Shown here piece after piece: positions 1 to 8,325 of a stretch of DNA of 64,000 nucleotides. Position numbers and translations under genes: made by a program. The first letter of the stretch is position 1, and each line of letters starts with the position of its first letter. This DNA comes from a virus (lineage: Duplodnaviria > Caudoviricetes): positions 4,169-68,168 of IMG/VR virus record IMGVR_UViG_3300028025_003274, one strand, 5' to 3'. The notes beneath the pieces were generated by a model that saw only the letters and a program-made list of their open reading frames with translations, ran no database searches and was not told the origin of the DNA.

Positions 1-135
1 TTTGGATATAATAACTTCCAGGTAATAAATGAAATTGATGCTGGTGGTCCTGAAAACGAATGGATGGGTTATTTAGCATTTGGGGCTACAAAATTACCTA
101 TGCAAGGTACAATAGGTCATCCTTTTGTAATTTAA
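1..135 (+). CDS. Partial CDS (3' end), hypothetical
   Basis: Frame 1 open from the window edge (FGYNNFQ...GHPFVI) to TAA at 133-135. Confidence 0.5.
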   Translation, partial: FGYNNFQVINEIDAGGPENEWMGYLAFGATKLPMQGTIGHPFVI

Positions 136-147
136 AAATATAACAAT

Positions 148-423
148 ATGAGTTACACAACAAACGATTTTATTTACATTAGAACAGAATTAACAGGAGA
201 AGAATCTATTAAAATTGTTACTTTTGAGTATATGAATTTTCTTTATTATGTTAGATGTTTTGAAAACATAATTCAATTTATTAAAGGACAAAGACATAGT
301 GAACTATTAACAAACGGAGAAGTTCCAACTCCTGAACAACATATAGAACATGATCTTAGGAGAGAGTTATATAATGGAGATAGACAACCATTACAAGATT
401 GGTTAGATACTAATGGATACTAG
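148..423 (+). CDS. Hypothetical protein
   Basis: 91 aa ORF with A-rich leader, co-oriented with neighbours. Confidence 0.6.
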   Translation: MSYTTNDFIYIRTELTGEESIKIVTFEYMNFLYYVRCFENIIQFIKGQRHSELLTNGEVPTPEQHIEHDLRRELYNGDRQPLQDWLDTNGY

Positions 424-482
424 TAAAAATACTTTATTATAAAAAATATATAAAATTCATTAGAAAAAATATATATTTGCTT

Positions 483-490
483 ATATTTAT
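483..490 (+). promoter_or_regulatory. Putative phage late-promoter box ATATTTAT
   Basis: Same 8-mer recurs just upstream of many structural genes (1864, 4162, 5343/5363, 7254, 8303). Confidence 0.5.
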
Positions 491-511
491 TATAGAACAA
501 AAAAACTATTT

Positions 512-850
512 ATGAACTTAGTAATTATCGTATTAGTCGCTGCTGTTATAGTAGCAATGGTTATTATCTCCAACAGATCTAAAAAAACAGCAGACGAAAC
601 ACCAGAACCTCTGGTCAATCCAAACTTTGGTTTAGATTTGGAAGACCCAGCAGCCCCCGTACAAGCTCCAGAAGAATTGGTAGAAACAAAGTCTGAAGTA
701 TTTAACGAATCGTTGCATAAACTGGAAGAGCCTGTAGTTAGTACTAAAAAAGCAGTAAAAGCCCCGGCTGTAAAAAAAGCAGATAAGCCTGTAGCAAAGA
801 CATCTGCAAAACCAGCGCCTAAAAAGACAGTTGTTAAAAAAATTAAATAA
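512..850 (+). CDS. Membrane-anchored protein with Lys/Ala/Pro-rich tail
   Basis: N-terminal hydrophobic helix, acidic middle, KKAVKAPAVKK low-complexity C-terminus. Confidence 0.65.
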   Translation: MNLVIIVLVAAVIVAMVIISNRSKKTADETPEPLVNPNFGLDLEDPAAPVQAPEELVETKSEVFNESLHKLEEPVVSTKKAVKAPAVKKADKPVAKTSAKPAPKKTVVKKIK

Positions 851-853
851 TAT

Positions 854-1321
854 ATGCAAAAAGTTACGTTAAAGATCTATGAGATGTTAGCCCTAGACGT
901 GGAATTGAACGGGTATACAGATCCTCAAAGCGGAAAACTGTTAGCTGATGGCATCCTAAGTAAAGATTTGAAACTTACTTTGAAGTACTGGTTAAGTGAT
1001 CTTTCTGATAAAGTAAGTAAAGAAAAGGATAAGGTATCAAAATTAAGGGAGGGTATCATTAAGAAGTTTGGTACCGAAGACGAGAAAGGAGGGGTGTTTA
1101 TCCCGATGTACGTAAATCAAGTTCTTGACGAACAAGGTAAAATGATATCAGGAGATGTAAACCCAGCATACGATAGCTTTCAAAAGGAATACCAACTCCT
1201 ATTAGAAGAAACAGTAGAACTTGAGTATAAGGAGTTGAAGCTGTCTGATATAGAAGGTATTGCCCTTAAAGACACTCCTAGAGTATTTTTTAAACTAATA
1301 TCAAAGCCAGAAAGTGAATAA
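854..1321 (+). CDS. Hypothetical phage protein
   Basis: 155 aa ORF in operon. Confidence 0.7.
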   Translation: MQKVTLKIYEMLALDVELNGYTDPQSGKLLADGILSKDLKLTLKYWLSDLSDKVSKEKDKVSKLREGIIKKFGTEDEKGGVFIPMYVNQVLDEQGKMISGDVNPAYDSFQKEYQLLLEETVELEYKELKLSDIEGIALKDTPRVFFKLISKPESE

Positions 1322-1547
1322 ACTACTAGAAATAGCATCAGCTTGGATAACTGCTGCAAACCCTAGTGAAGAAGACAAAGAAAAAGCTGAGAAGAGAATA
1401 GCCACTTGTAATGGGTGCGAAGAAAACAAACTCAGCGAAATATTGGAATATCACTACTGTGGTAAGTGTGGATGTCCACTTAAAAAGAAAATCTTTTCTC
1501 CTTTACCTGGAAGTGAGGCATGTCCTTTAGGCAAATGGGAAATATAA
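1314..1547 (+). CDS. Small Cys-rich (zinc-binding) protein
   Basis: CNGC...CGKCGC...CPLGKW pattern. Confidence 0.65.
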   Translation: MNKLLEIASAWITAANPSEEDKEKAEKRIATCNGCEENKLSEILEYHYCGKCGCPLKKKIFSPLPGSEACPLGKWEI

Positions 1548-1557
1548 AACCAAAGTT

Positions 1558-1830
1558 ATGGCAGAAACAAAAATGCTAAATGCACAAGAGATCAATAGTC
1601 TTAAAGATCTTAATAAAAAGTTTGGAAATACTCTAAACTCTTTAGGAGATATAGAAATTAAATTAAATCTTCTAAAACAAAAAGAAGCAGAACTACTTAA
1701 AGACAAGGAAGGACACCTATCAGATTATAATACTTTAAGAATTAAGGAGACAGAAATAACTACTCAGCTGTTAGAGAAATACGGAGAGGGTCAAATAGAC
1801 ATAGAATCGGGAAAAATAGAGTTGTTATAA
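1558..1830 (+). CDS. Small coiled-coil protein
   Basis: Heptad pattern, C-terminal KYGEGQIDIESG. Confidence 0.65.
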   Translation: MAETKMLNAQEINSLKDLNKKFGNTLNSLGDIEIKLNLLKQKEAELLKDKEGHLSDYNTLRIKETEITTQLLEKYGEGQIDIESGKIELL

Positions 1831-1910
1831 AGTAGGTTTTGTCATTTTTGCTGGAAAATATTGATATTTATTAACGTATCATCAATAATATTTTTCAAAT
1901 TTTATAGAAA

Positions 1911-4157
1911 ATGACAGAACAAATTCTTTCTGCTGGAGTATACTCCTACGAAAATGACCAGAGTTTTTTTACTCAAGGCACGAATGAGACGGGTTTAGCC
2001 CTTGTAGGACCTACTGAAAAGGGTGCTGCTTTCGTTCCTACCGATGTATCTAGCTACAGTCAATACACAGCTTTATTTGGAGCAGACCCTAACGTGTCTT
2101 ATCTTCCACAAACTGCTTACAACTACTTGCAAGCAGGAAATACCGTTAAAGTAACTCGTGTACTTGGTAACGGTGGGTTTGTTTACAACACTACTAGACC
2201 GTTGGTAGCTATAACAAGTGGATCTTATATCCTTACAGTACTTTATCCTACAAAGAATGACACCCCTACTGTGGGTATTTCTGGTTCCATCACAGGAACT
2301 TTTAGTGCTTTTGGTGCTAAGATGCACGGGTTTAGCGGATCGGGAGTACTTGGAACTGCATCTTTTAGTGCCTCTTTGAATCCAACATCTGCTAACTTTA
2401 TTTCAAAAGTATTGGGATCAGATGAAAACTACGCAACTAGTTCAGTATTCCCTTATTTACTTTTTAGTAACTTTATTACTGGAAGTGGCGCATTAGCTTC
2501 TACAGCTGACATTGGTGCAAAACTAGAATACCTTGCAGGTAAGTGTGAATTCTCTAGCTCTAACTCTAGCGGATACGATCATGCAATAACCCCATGGGTT
2601 AATTCAGATAGCGGTGTTCCTTTGTTTAGGTTCCACCACCGGTCTGATGGCTTCAAAACCAACAAAGACGTTAAAGTATGTATAACTAATATCTCAGCAG
2701 GAGTTACAGCAGCAGATTACTCTACCTTTAGTGTAATAGTTCGTTCATGGAATGACTCAGACAGGGCTCCTTCTATCATAGAACAATACAATAATCTAAC
2801 TTTAAACCCAGACGCTCCTAACTATATTGCAAAAGCAATAGGTGACAAGTATCAGCAGTTTAATGAATTGAGTTTAAATGTACTAGAATATGGTGATTTT
2901 GTTAACGTATCTAATTACATTCGTGTAGAAGTAGCAGGTGGGGTAGCTGGAAAAGCAACTCATCCTCAATTGTATCCAAATGGACACGCTGCATTGTATG
3001 AAACTATAACAGGATTTACCAATAGGAATATACCATCAGCATCCATGGTTCAAAGCACAGCATCAAGCGCAACATTCTCAGGATTTGACTATGCAAATGC
3101 TGACAACTACAACTATCTTAATCCAATACCTACTAACGCAGGTAATGGTCTGAACTTAGTATTTACTAAGCCAGCAGGTGATAACAAGTTTGTTCTTCCT
3201 TTCCAAGGTGGTACAGACGGTGTAAACTACACAGTAATCAAGAAATCAGGTGCTGATATTGCACAGGGTAACTTGTTTGGATATGATTTGACTACCAGCA
3301 CATCCCCTGGATCTGTTGCTTACATCAAAGCTTTGAATATCTTAGCTAATAAAGAACTTTACAACTTCGATCTAATAGTATTACCGGGTGTTCTTGAAGA
3401 ATTACACTCAGGAGTAACAGCTATAGCTGAAAACATAGCAGAAGAGCGCACAGATTGTGTATATCTTCGTGACTTGACTACCCTCAATGCCTCTGTGGTA
3501 ACAGCTATAACCACAGCAGCTGGTCTTGATTCTAGCTACAGTGCTGCTTATTTCCCTTGGATTAAGGTTCGCAGTATCGGTAGCTCTAAAGACATCTACG
3601 TTCCACCAACAGTATTGGTTCCACAAGCATATGCCTACAATGATAAGGTAGCTGCCGAATGGTTCGCTCCTGCAGGTTTGAATCGTGGTGGCCTTGGTGG
3701 TGCAATCGACACTCGTATCCGTCTTACTAAGGCTGATAGAGACGCTCTTTACAATGGTAGGGTTAACCCAATCGCTAAATTCCAGAACACTGGAGTAGTA
3801 ATATGGGGTCAGAAGACTCTTCAAGTTAGAGACACAGCTCTTAACCGCATCAATGTACGTAGGTTGTTAATCAATCTCCGTGAATACATTAGTGGTGTAG
3901 CTCTCAACTACGTGTTCGAGAACAACACTGCAGCTACTAGGAACAGGTTGATCTCTGCTATCACCCCATACATGGAGAATGTACAGTCTCGTCAAGGTCT
4001 GTATGCCTTCAGAATTGATATCAGCGACTCATTGAACACTAACGATGTAATCGATCGTAACCAGCTTGTAGGTAAGATCTACGTATCTCCTGTCAAGTCT
4101 ATCGAATTCATCTTGTTGGAATTCAACATCACAGGTACTGGAGTAAGTTTTGAATAA
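1911..4157 (+). CDS. Contractile tail sheath protein
   Basis: N-terminal SAGVYSYE/GPTEKG, C-terminal WFAPAGLNRG, VIWGQKT, RINVRRLL and EFILLEF motifs typical of sheath proteins. Confidence 0.93.
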   Translation: MTEQILSAGVYSYENDQSFFTQGTNETGLALVGPTEKGAAFVPTDVSSYSQYTALFGADPNVSYLPQTAYNYLQAGNTVKVTRVLGNGGFVYNTTRPLVAITSGSYILTVLYPTKNDTPTVGISGSITGTFSAFGAKMHGFSGSGVLGTASFSASLNPTSANFISKVLGSDENYATSSVFPYLLFSNFITGSGALASTADIGAKLEYLAGKCEFSSSNSSGYDHAITPWVNSDSGVPLFRFHHRSDGFKTNKDVKVCITNISAGVTAADYSTFSVIVRSWNDSDRAPSIIEQYNNLTLNPDAPNYIAKAIGDKYQQFNELSLNVLEYGDFVNVSNYIRVEVAGGVAGKATHPQLYPNGHAALYETITGFTNRNIPSASMVQSTASSATFSGFDYANADNYNYLNPIPTNAGNGLNLVFTKPAGDNKFVLPFQGGTDGVNYTVIKKSGADIAQGNLFGYDLTTSTSPGSVAYIKALNILANKELYNFDLIVLPGVLEELHSGVTAIAENIAEERTDCVYLRDLTTLNASVVTAITTAAGLDSSYSAAYFPWIKVRSIGSSKDIYVPPTVLVPQAYAYNDKVAAEWFAPAGLNRGGLGGAIDTRIRLTKADRDALYNGRVNPIAKFQNTGVVIWGQKTLQVRDTALNRINVRRLLINLREYISGVALNYVFENNTAATRNRLISAITPYMENVQSRQGLYAFRIDISDSLNTNDVIDRNQLVGKIYVSPVKSIEFILLEFNITGTGVSFE

Positions 4158-4190
4158 TCAAATATTTATAATAGAATAAAATAACATAAA

Positions 4191-4679
4191 ATGGCATTAC
4201 TTAGTACAGATGAGATGTTGGGTACCTTGTTCGAGCCCATGCTGCAACACAGGTTTATCATGTATATCGATGGTATCCCTTCATACTTGATTAAAAAAGT
4301 AGGCGGTATAGGATACGATGACGGTGAGGTAATCATAGATCATATCAATAGCTACGTTAAATTCCGTGCAAAGCGCAGGTGGAATGACGTTACCCTTAGC
4401 CTTTATAACCCAGTAACTCCTTCAGGTGCGCAAGCAGTAATGGAGTGGGCTCGTCTCGGATATGAGACAGTAACTGGTAGGGCTGGATACGGTGACTTCT
4501 ACTGGAAGGATATCACTTTCAATGCGATAGATCCTGTAGGTAACGTAGTTAATGAGTGGGTGATTAAGAAGGCCTTCATTAGGAGCGTAAGTTCTTTTGG
4601 AGACTGGGATTGGTCAGCTGATGCTTACACTACAATTGAAATGACCCTAGGAAATTCAGGGATGATCTTGAACTTCTAG
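4191..4679 (+). CDS. Tail tube protein (T4 gp19-like)
   Basis: 162 aa directly after sheath; FEPMLQHRF, WNDVTLSLY, QAVMEW, DPVGNVVNEW pattern. Confidence 0.85.
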   Translation: MALLSTDEMLGTLFEPMLQHRFIMYIDGIPSYLIKKVGGIGYDDGEVIIDHINSYVKFRAKRRWNDVTLSLYNPVTPSGAQAVMEWARLGYETVTGRAGYGDFYWKDITFNAIDPVGNVVNEWVIKKAFIRSVSSFGDWDWSADAYTTIEMTLGNSGMILNF

Positions 4680-4696
4680 ATCTATAAACTATCAAG

Positions 4697-4732
4697 AAAG
4701 CCCGTATCATAGCAATATGACGGGCTTTTTTT
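4697..4732 (+). terminator. Rho-independent terminator
   Basis: AAAGCCCGT / ACGGGCTTT stem followed by T-run. Confidence 0.75.
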
Positions 4733-4743
4733 ATCTCTATAAT

Positions 4744-5337
4744 ATGAAAACAGCAGCCTCAAATTTTATAGAACACGTTAAATCAGAGTGCGAACACTAC
4801 CATATCAAGTGTGATTTGAGGGATACTACATATGTAAAGGTATCAGATTCAATAAAAGCCTCAGGGTACTTCGATGAATCAGTTCCTACCTTAGTATGTT
4901 CTATGAAACGTAAGGATAGCATAGAGATACTGGCCCATGAGTACGGACATTTGACTCAGTGGGTAGATAACATACCCCTGTGGAAGACTGTGGAATATAG
5001 TATGCCAAAGTTAGATGCCTGGCTAGGAGGTGAAGAAGTTCCAGATATAGAAGAACATATTTCAAACTGTAGAGATTTAGAACTAGATAATGAAAAACGC
5101 ACAATTAACATTATAAAGAAGTTCAAACTACCTATAGACTTAGGAAACTACAGGAAGAAAGCCAACAGCTATGTTATGTTTTACAACTATATGCTTATTT
5201 CTAGAAGGTGGTGTACTCCGGAAAACAGTCCATACGGTAATAAAAGGATTATAGAGGCTATGCCAAATAGATTTAATATGAATTATACCAAGCTTCCTAA
5301 AAGATTAGAGAGGATTTTTACAGAAGAAGGTTTCTAA
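4744..5337 (+). CDS. Putative zinc metallopeptidase (HExxH)
   Basis: ILAHEYGH motif with downstream ELDNE; start moved from 4717 (inside terminator) to ATG 4744. Confidence 0.6.
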   Translation: MKTAASNFIEHVKSECEHYHIKCDLRDTTYVKVSDSIKASGYFDESVPTLVCSMKRKDSIEILAHEYGHLTQWVDNIPLWKTVEYSMPKLDAWLGGEEVPDIEEHISNCRDLELDNEKRTINIIKKFKLPIDLGNYRKKANSYVMFYNYMLISRRWCTPENSPYGNKRIIEAMPNRFNMNYTKLPKRLERIFTEEGF

Positions 5338-5390
5338 TATTGATATTTATACCGTATATTTGATATTTATATACACAAATTGTATTAAAA

Positions 5391-6410
5391 ATGAAGCAAA
5401 CTCAAAAGCTTGACTCACTTATTAACAGGATAATTAAAGAAGAGTTAGGAAATATAAAGGGTATTAGTGAAGATAGCAAAAAAAAGTTATATCAAAATCC
5501 TGAAATGGAAGATGAAGATGGTATTCATTATCTAGGCAGCGATGATGAGCATGATTATTATTACGATGAAACAGGAGGAGATAATGGAGGTACATTTTTG
5601 GCACAGTTTGATAATGGCGTAGGCCAACACCAATCAGGGTTTCATGCCGCATATTCTAAGCGTTTGGGGTTAAACAAGGCATTAAAGATGGCTTATGATC
5701 AAAAGCTTCTTACAGCCAAAGATAAAAAAAGACTTAAACAAATAGAATTAGAAAGACGTAGGCAAGGTGTGATAAAAGACGAAGATGATATATTCACTTT
5801 ACCAGATGATATAAAAGAAGAAGAGAAAGAATATGTAACTCCAGATGGTACCTCAGCTAGCGCTAATGCTGATCAAATAGCATCTGCAACAAAAGCTAGA
5901 CCAGGAACTATTGTTAAGTATAGAAAAGCCGGAGTTAAACCTATGAAAGAAAACGAAAAAGAAATGCAAGAACTAGATATGGAACAACAACCAACCGGTA
6001 CAGAAATAGCTGGACAAGTAGCAGAGATAGTAGAAAAGCTAAAAGCAATGTCAGAAGTATCTGAAGATCCTAAGAAGCAAAAGCATGTTGTTAAGGTAAT
6101 GAAGTATATGGAATCTGCTAAGGCTGCATTAGAGGCTCTTACAGCGCATGAAACAATGCTTGAAGAGAAAGACCAAGAACAACAAACAAAAGCGGCTGAG
6201 AAGCACAAGAAGAACATAGAGAAGATCTTCAAAAGTATTGTTAAGGATGAAAACATTGTTAATAGACTTAAAGACAAGCTAACCCCTAAAGACATTGCTG
6301 ATTTGACAAAAAAGTTAAAAGACAAAGGAAAAGAGCTTGACGAAGAGAAACTTGCACGAATAGTGCTAAATCGTTCTTTGAAAGAAGGCTGGGAAGTAAA
6401 AAAAAAGTAG
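5391..6410 (+). CDS. Acidic/charged probable virion-internal protein
   Basis: Late box upstream, IIKEE/LKE-type motifs, ends at slippery A-run before TAG. Confidence 0.6.
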   Translation: MKQTQKLDSLINRIIKEELGNIKGISEDSKKKLYQNPEMEDEDGIHYLGSDDEHDYYYDETGGDNGGTFLAQFDNGVGQHQSGFHAAYSKRLGLNKALKMAYDQKLLTAKDKKRLKQIELERRRQGVIKDEDDIFTLPDDIKEEEKEYVTPDGTSASANADQIASATKARPGTIVKYRKAGVKPMKENEKEMQELDMEQQPTGTEIAGQVAEIVEKLKAMSEVSEDPKKQKHVVKVMKYMESAKAALEALTAHETMLEEKDQEQQTKAAEKHKKNIEKIFKSIVKDENIVNRLKDKLTPKDIADLTKKLKDKGKELDEEKLARIVLNRSLKEGWEVKKK

Positions 6411-7147
6411 AAACTGAACAGTTAGACGAAGGTCTTAAGGATGTTTTGGTAGGTGCTTTAATGAGTTTGTCATTTATGACACCTGCTAAAGCACAAAAAA
6501 CAGCAAACGCCTTATCAGGCAATATCCCAGCGGCTAAAGTACAAGCATTAGCACAAGACATTAAATCTGCAGATAATACCGCAGACTTGTCTTCAATTAT
6601 AAAATCCTATAGTGCTGATACAGAGGATATAAAGATTAATAAGAACATCGCTAAACCTTCAGGATACAAACCTTTAACTGTTCAACAAAGAAAAGATTGG
6701 AATGAATATCTACATTCTTTAGGAGATATGGCAGGAAGTCCTGAATTGGATAAAGGTGTGCCTACTTTAGGGAAACAAAAATTAGGAGCTTATTTAAAAG
6801 CTAATCCAAGTAATAGTTTAAATCAATTTAAAAATCAAGATGATTTAGTAAAAAGCATTCAATATGAAATGCAGCTTATTAGAAGAGGAGATGAGTTTCC
6901 TGGTATAACCCCGTTTGAATTAAAAGCCATACAAACCTTACTATTAAAAAATAGAAAGGCATTTATGATGGTAAATAGATCAGAAACAGACGGAAATCCT
7001 GGTCAATTTACTACAGAGGAACATTATCCTGAATTTAATAATGAAACAGATTATTCTAAAGTTATGACTAATGTATATAGAACATTAGTTAAATTGTATA
7101 ATATTACAAATATAGATGGCACAGATATAACTAAACTGTTCAAGTAA
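6407..7147 (+). CDS. -1 frame continuation of 5391 gene (annotated as 6446..7147)
   Basis: -1 frame is open across A AAA AAG (6401-6407) and reads VETEQLDEGLKDVLVGALM; only a TTG start otherwise. Confidence 0.55.
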   Translation, partial: VETEQLDEGLKDVLVGALMSLSFMTPAKAQKTANALSGNIPAAKVQALAQDIKSADNTADLSSIIKSYSADTEDIKINKNIAKPSGYKPLTVQQRKDWNEYLHSLGDMAGSPELDKGVPTLGKQKLGAYLKANPSNSLNQFKNQDDLVKSIQYEMQLIRRGDEFPGITPFELKAIQTLLLKNRKAFMMVNRSETDGNPGQFTTEEHYPEFNNETDYSKVMTNVYRTLVKLYNITNIDGTDITKLFK

Positions 7148-7195
7148 AGATACCCATGCAAGTAAAGAGCCTGCTACCTCAGGGCGCCTCACATA

Positions 7196-7236
7196 GAAAG
7201 CCACATCTCTTAGACCGGGTGTGGTTTTTCTTTTTA
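7196..7236 (+). terminator. Rho-independent terminator
   Basis: GAAAGCCACATC / GGTGTGGTTTTC stem plus T-run. Confidence 0.7.
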
Positions 7237-7279
7237 TAAAAACCCAAATCAATATATTTATATATACAAAATATAGTTT

Positions 7280-8044
7280 ATGTCAGATTTATTAAATGTT
7301 CCAACGCAAGCACTAGACTTACCATCTAAAGGATTACTTTATCCAGAATCCAGTCCTCTCAGTTCAGGACAAATTGAACTCTACCTACCCACAGCAATGC
7401 ATGAGGATATCCTAACCAATAGGAACTTTATCCAGCAAGGTACGGTTATAGACAAGTTCCTACAGGCTATTATAGCTTCAAAAATTGATTATAACGAACT
7501 TGTAGTCGGAGATAAGAACGCTATTATGATAGGAGCTAGGATCCTTGCATATGGAAGCAAGTACACATTCAAGTATACAGACCCTACTTCAAATCAATCA
7601 GAAGAGGTTACTATTGATCTTTCTGAATTAAAAGAGAAAGAACTTGACTGGGATTCTATTAAAAAAGGACAGAATGAGTTTGATTATCAACTCCCTATGT
7701 CAAAGCAACTTATAACCTTTAAGATCCTCACCCACAAAGATGAATCAGCTATTGAAGCCGAATTGAAGGGTTTACAAAAGGTAAACAAGAATATGTCTGC
7801 TGAGATTACCGTGCGTTTAGCACATTCTATTGTGGCTGTTAATGGAGACAGAGATAAGAAGGTTGTAAGAGAATTTATTAAGGCAATGCCAATGAGAGAC
7901 TCACAAGATCTCAGAAAGCATATGACATCTTCTACACCAGACATCATAATGAAGTTTGATTTTACCAGAAAGAATGGAGAGGTAGTGGAGGGCCTAAGCA
8001 TACCGATGACGGTTGACTTTTTTTGGCCTGAACTCGGCGTATAG
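7280..8044 (+). CDS. Tail assembly chaperone / T4 gp26-like baseplate hub assembly protein
   Basis: LPSKGLLYP, EDILT, GDKNAIMIGARILAYG, C-terminal FFWP; upstream of tape measure. Confidence 0.7.
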   Translation: MSDLLNVPTQALDLPSKGLLYPESSPLSSGQIELYLPTAMHEDILTNRNFIQQGTVIDKFLQAIIASKIDYNELVVGDKNAIMIGARILAYGSKYTFKYTDPTSNQSEEVTIDLSELKEKELDWDSIKKGQNEFDYQLPMSKQLITFKILTHKDESAIEAELKGLQKVNKNMSAEITVRLAHSIVAVNGDRDKKVVREFIKAMPMRDSQDLRKHMTSSTPDIIMKFDFTRKNGEVVEGLSIPMTVDFFWPELGV

Positions 8045-8294
8045 GAATCAACTATTTGATGAACTATTGTGGCTATCTATGAATAGCCAAGGCGCTATAA
8101 ACTATGCAATGGCATATCACATGCCGATAGCATATAGACTGATTAACATAAAGAAACTGTCTGACATCATTAAGAAACACAATGATGAGATGGAGAAGGC
8201 TAATAGTAAGGGAACAACCATGAGTATGGACGATTTAGCCAAGAGAAAAGAACAGACCCCGGACTATAAGTCTCCGAGAGCCGCTAAAAAATAG
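8013..8294 (+). CDS. Overlapping +1-frame ORF, probable frameshift extension of chaperone
   Basis: Overlaps previous gene at a T7 run (8018-8024); MAYHMPIAYR motif; lambda G/GT-like position. Confidence 0.6.
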   Translation: MTFFGLNSAYRNQLFDELLWLSMNSQGAINYAMAYHMPIAYRLINIKKLSDIIKKHNDEMEKANSKGTTMSMDDLAKRKEQTPDYKSPRAAKK

Positions 8295-8302
8295 CGGCTT
8301 TC
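8277..8302 (+). terminator. Hairpin/terminator before tape measure
   Basis: AGCCGCTA / TAGCGGCT stem. Confidence 0.5.
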
Positions 8303-8325
8303 ATATTTATATATAAAGCACATAG

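Noticed and set aside
7141-7168. 10-bp direct repeat CAAGTAAAGA (7141 and 7159)
   Set aside because: Only two copies of an A-rich word; may be an insertion scar but nothing else supports it
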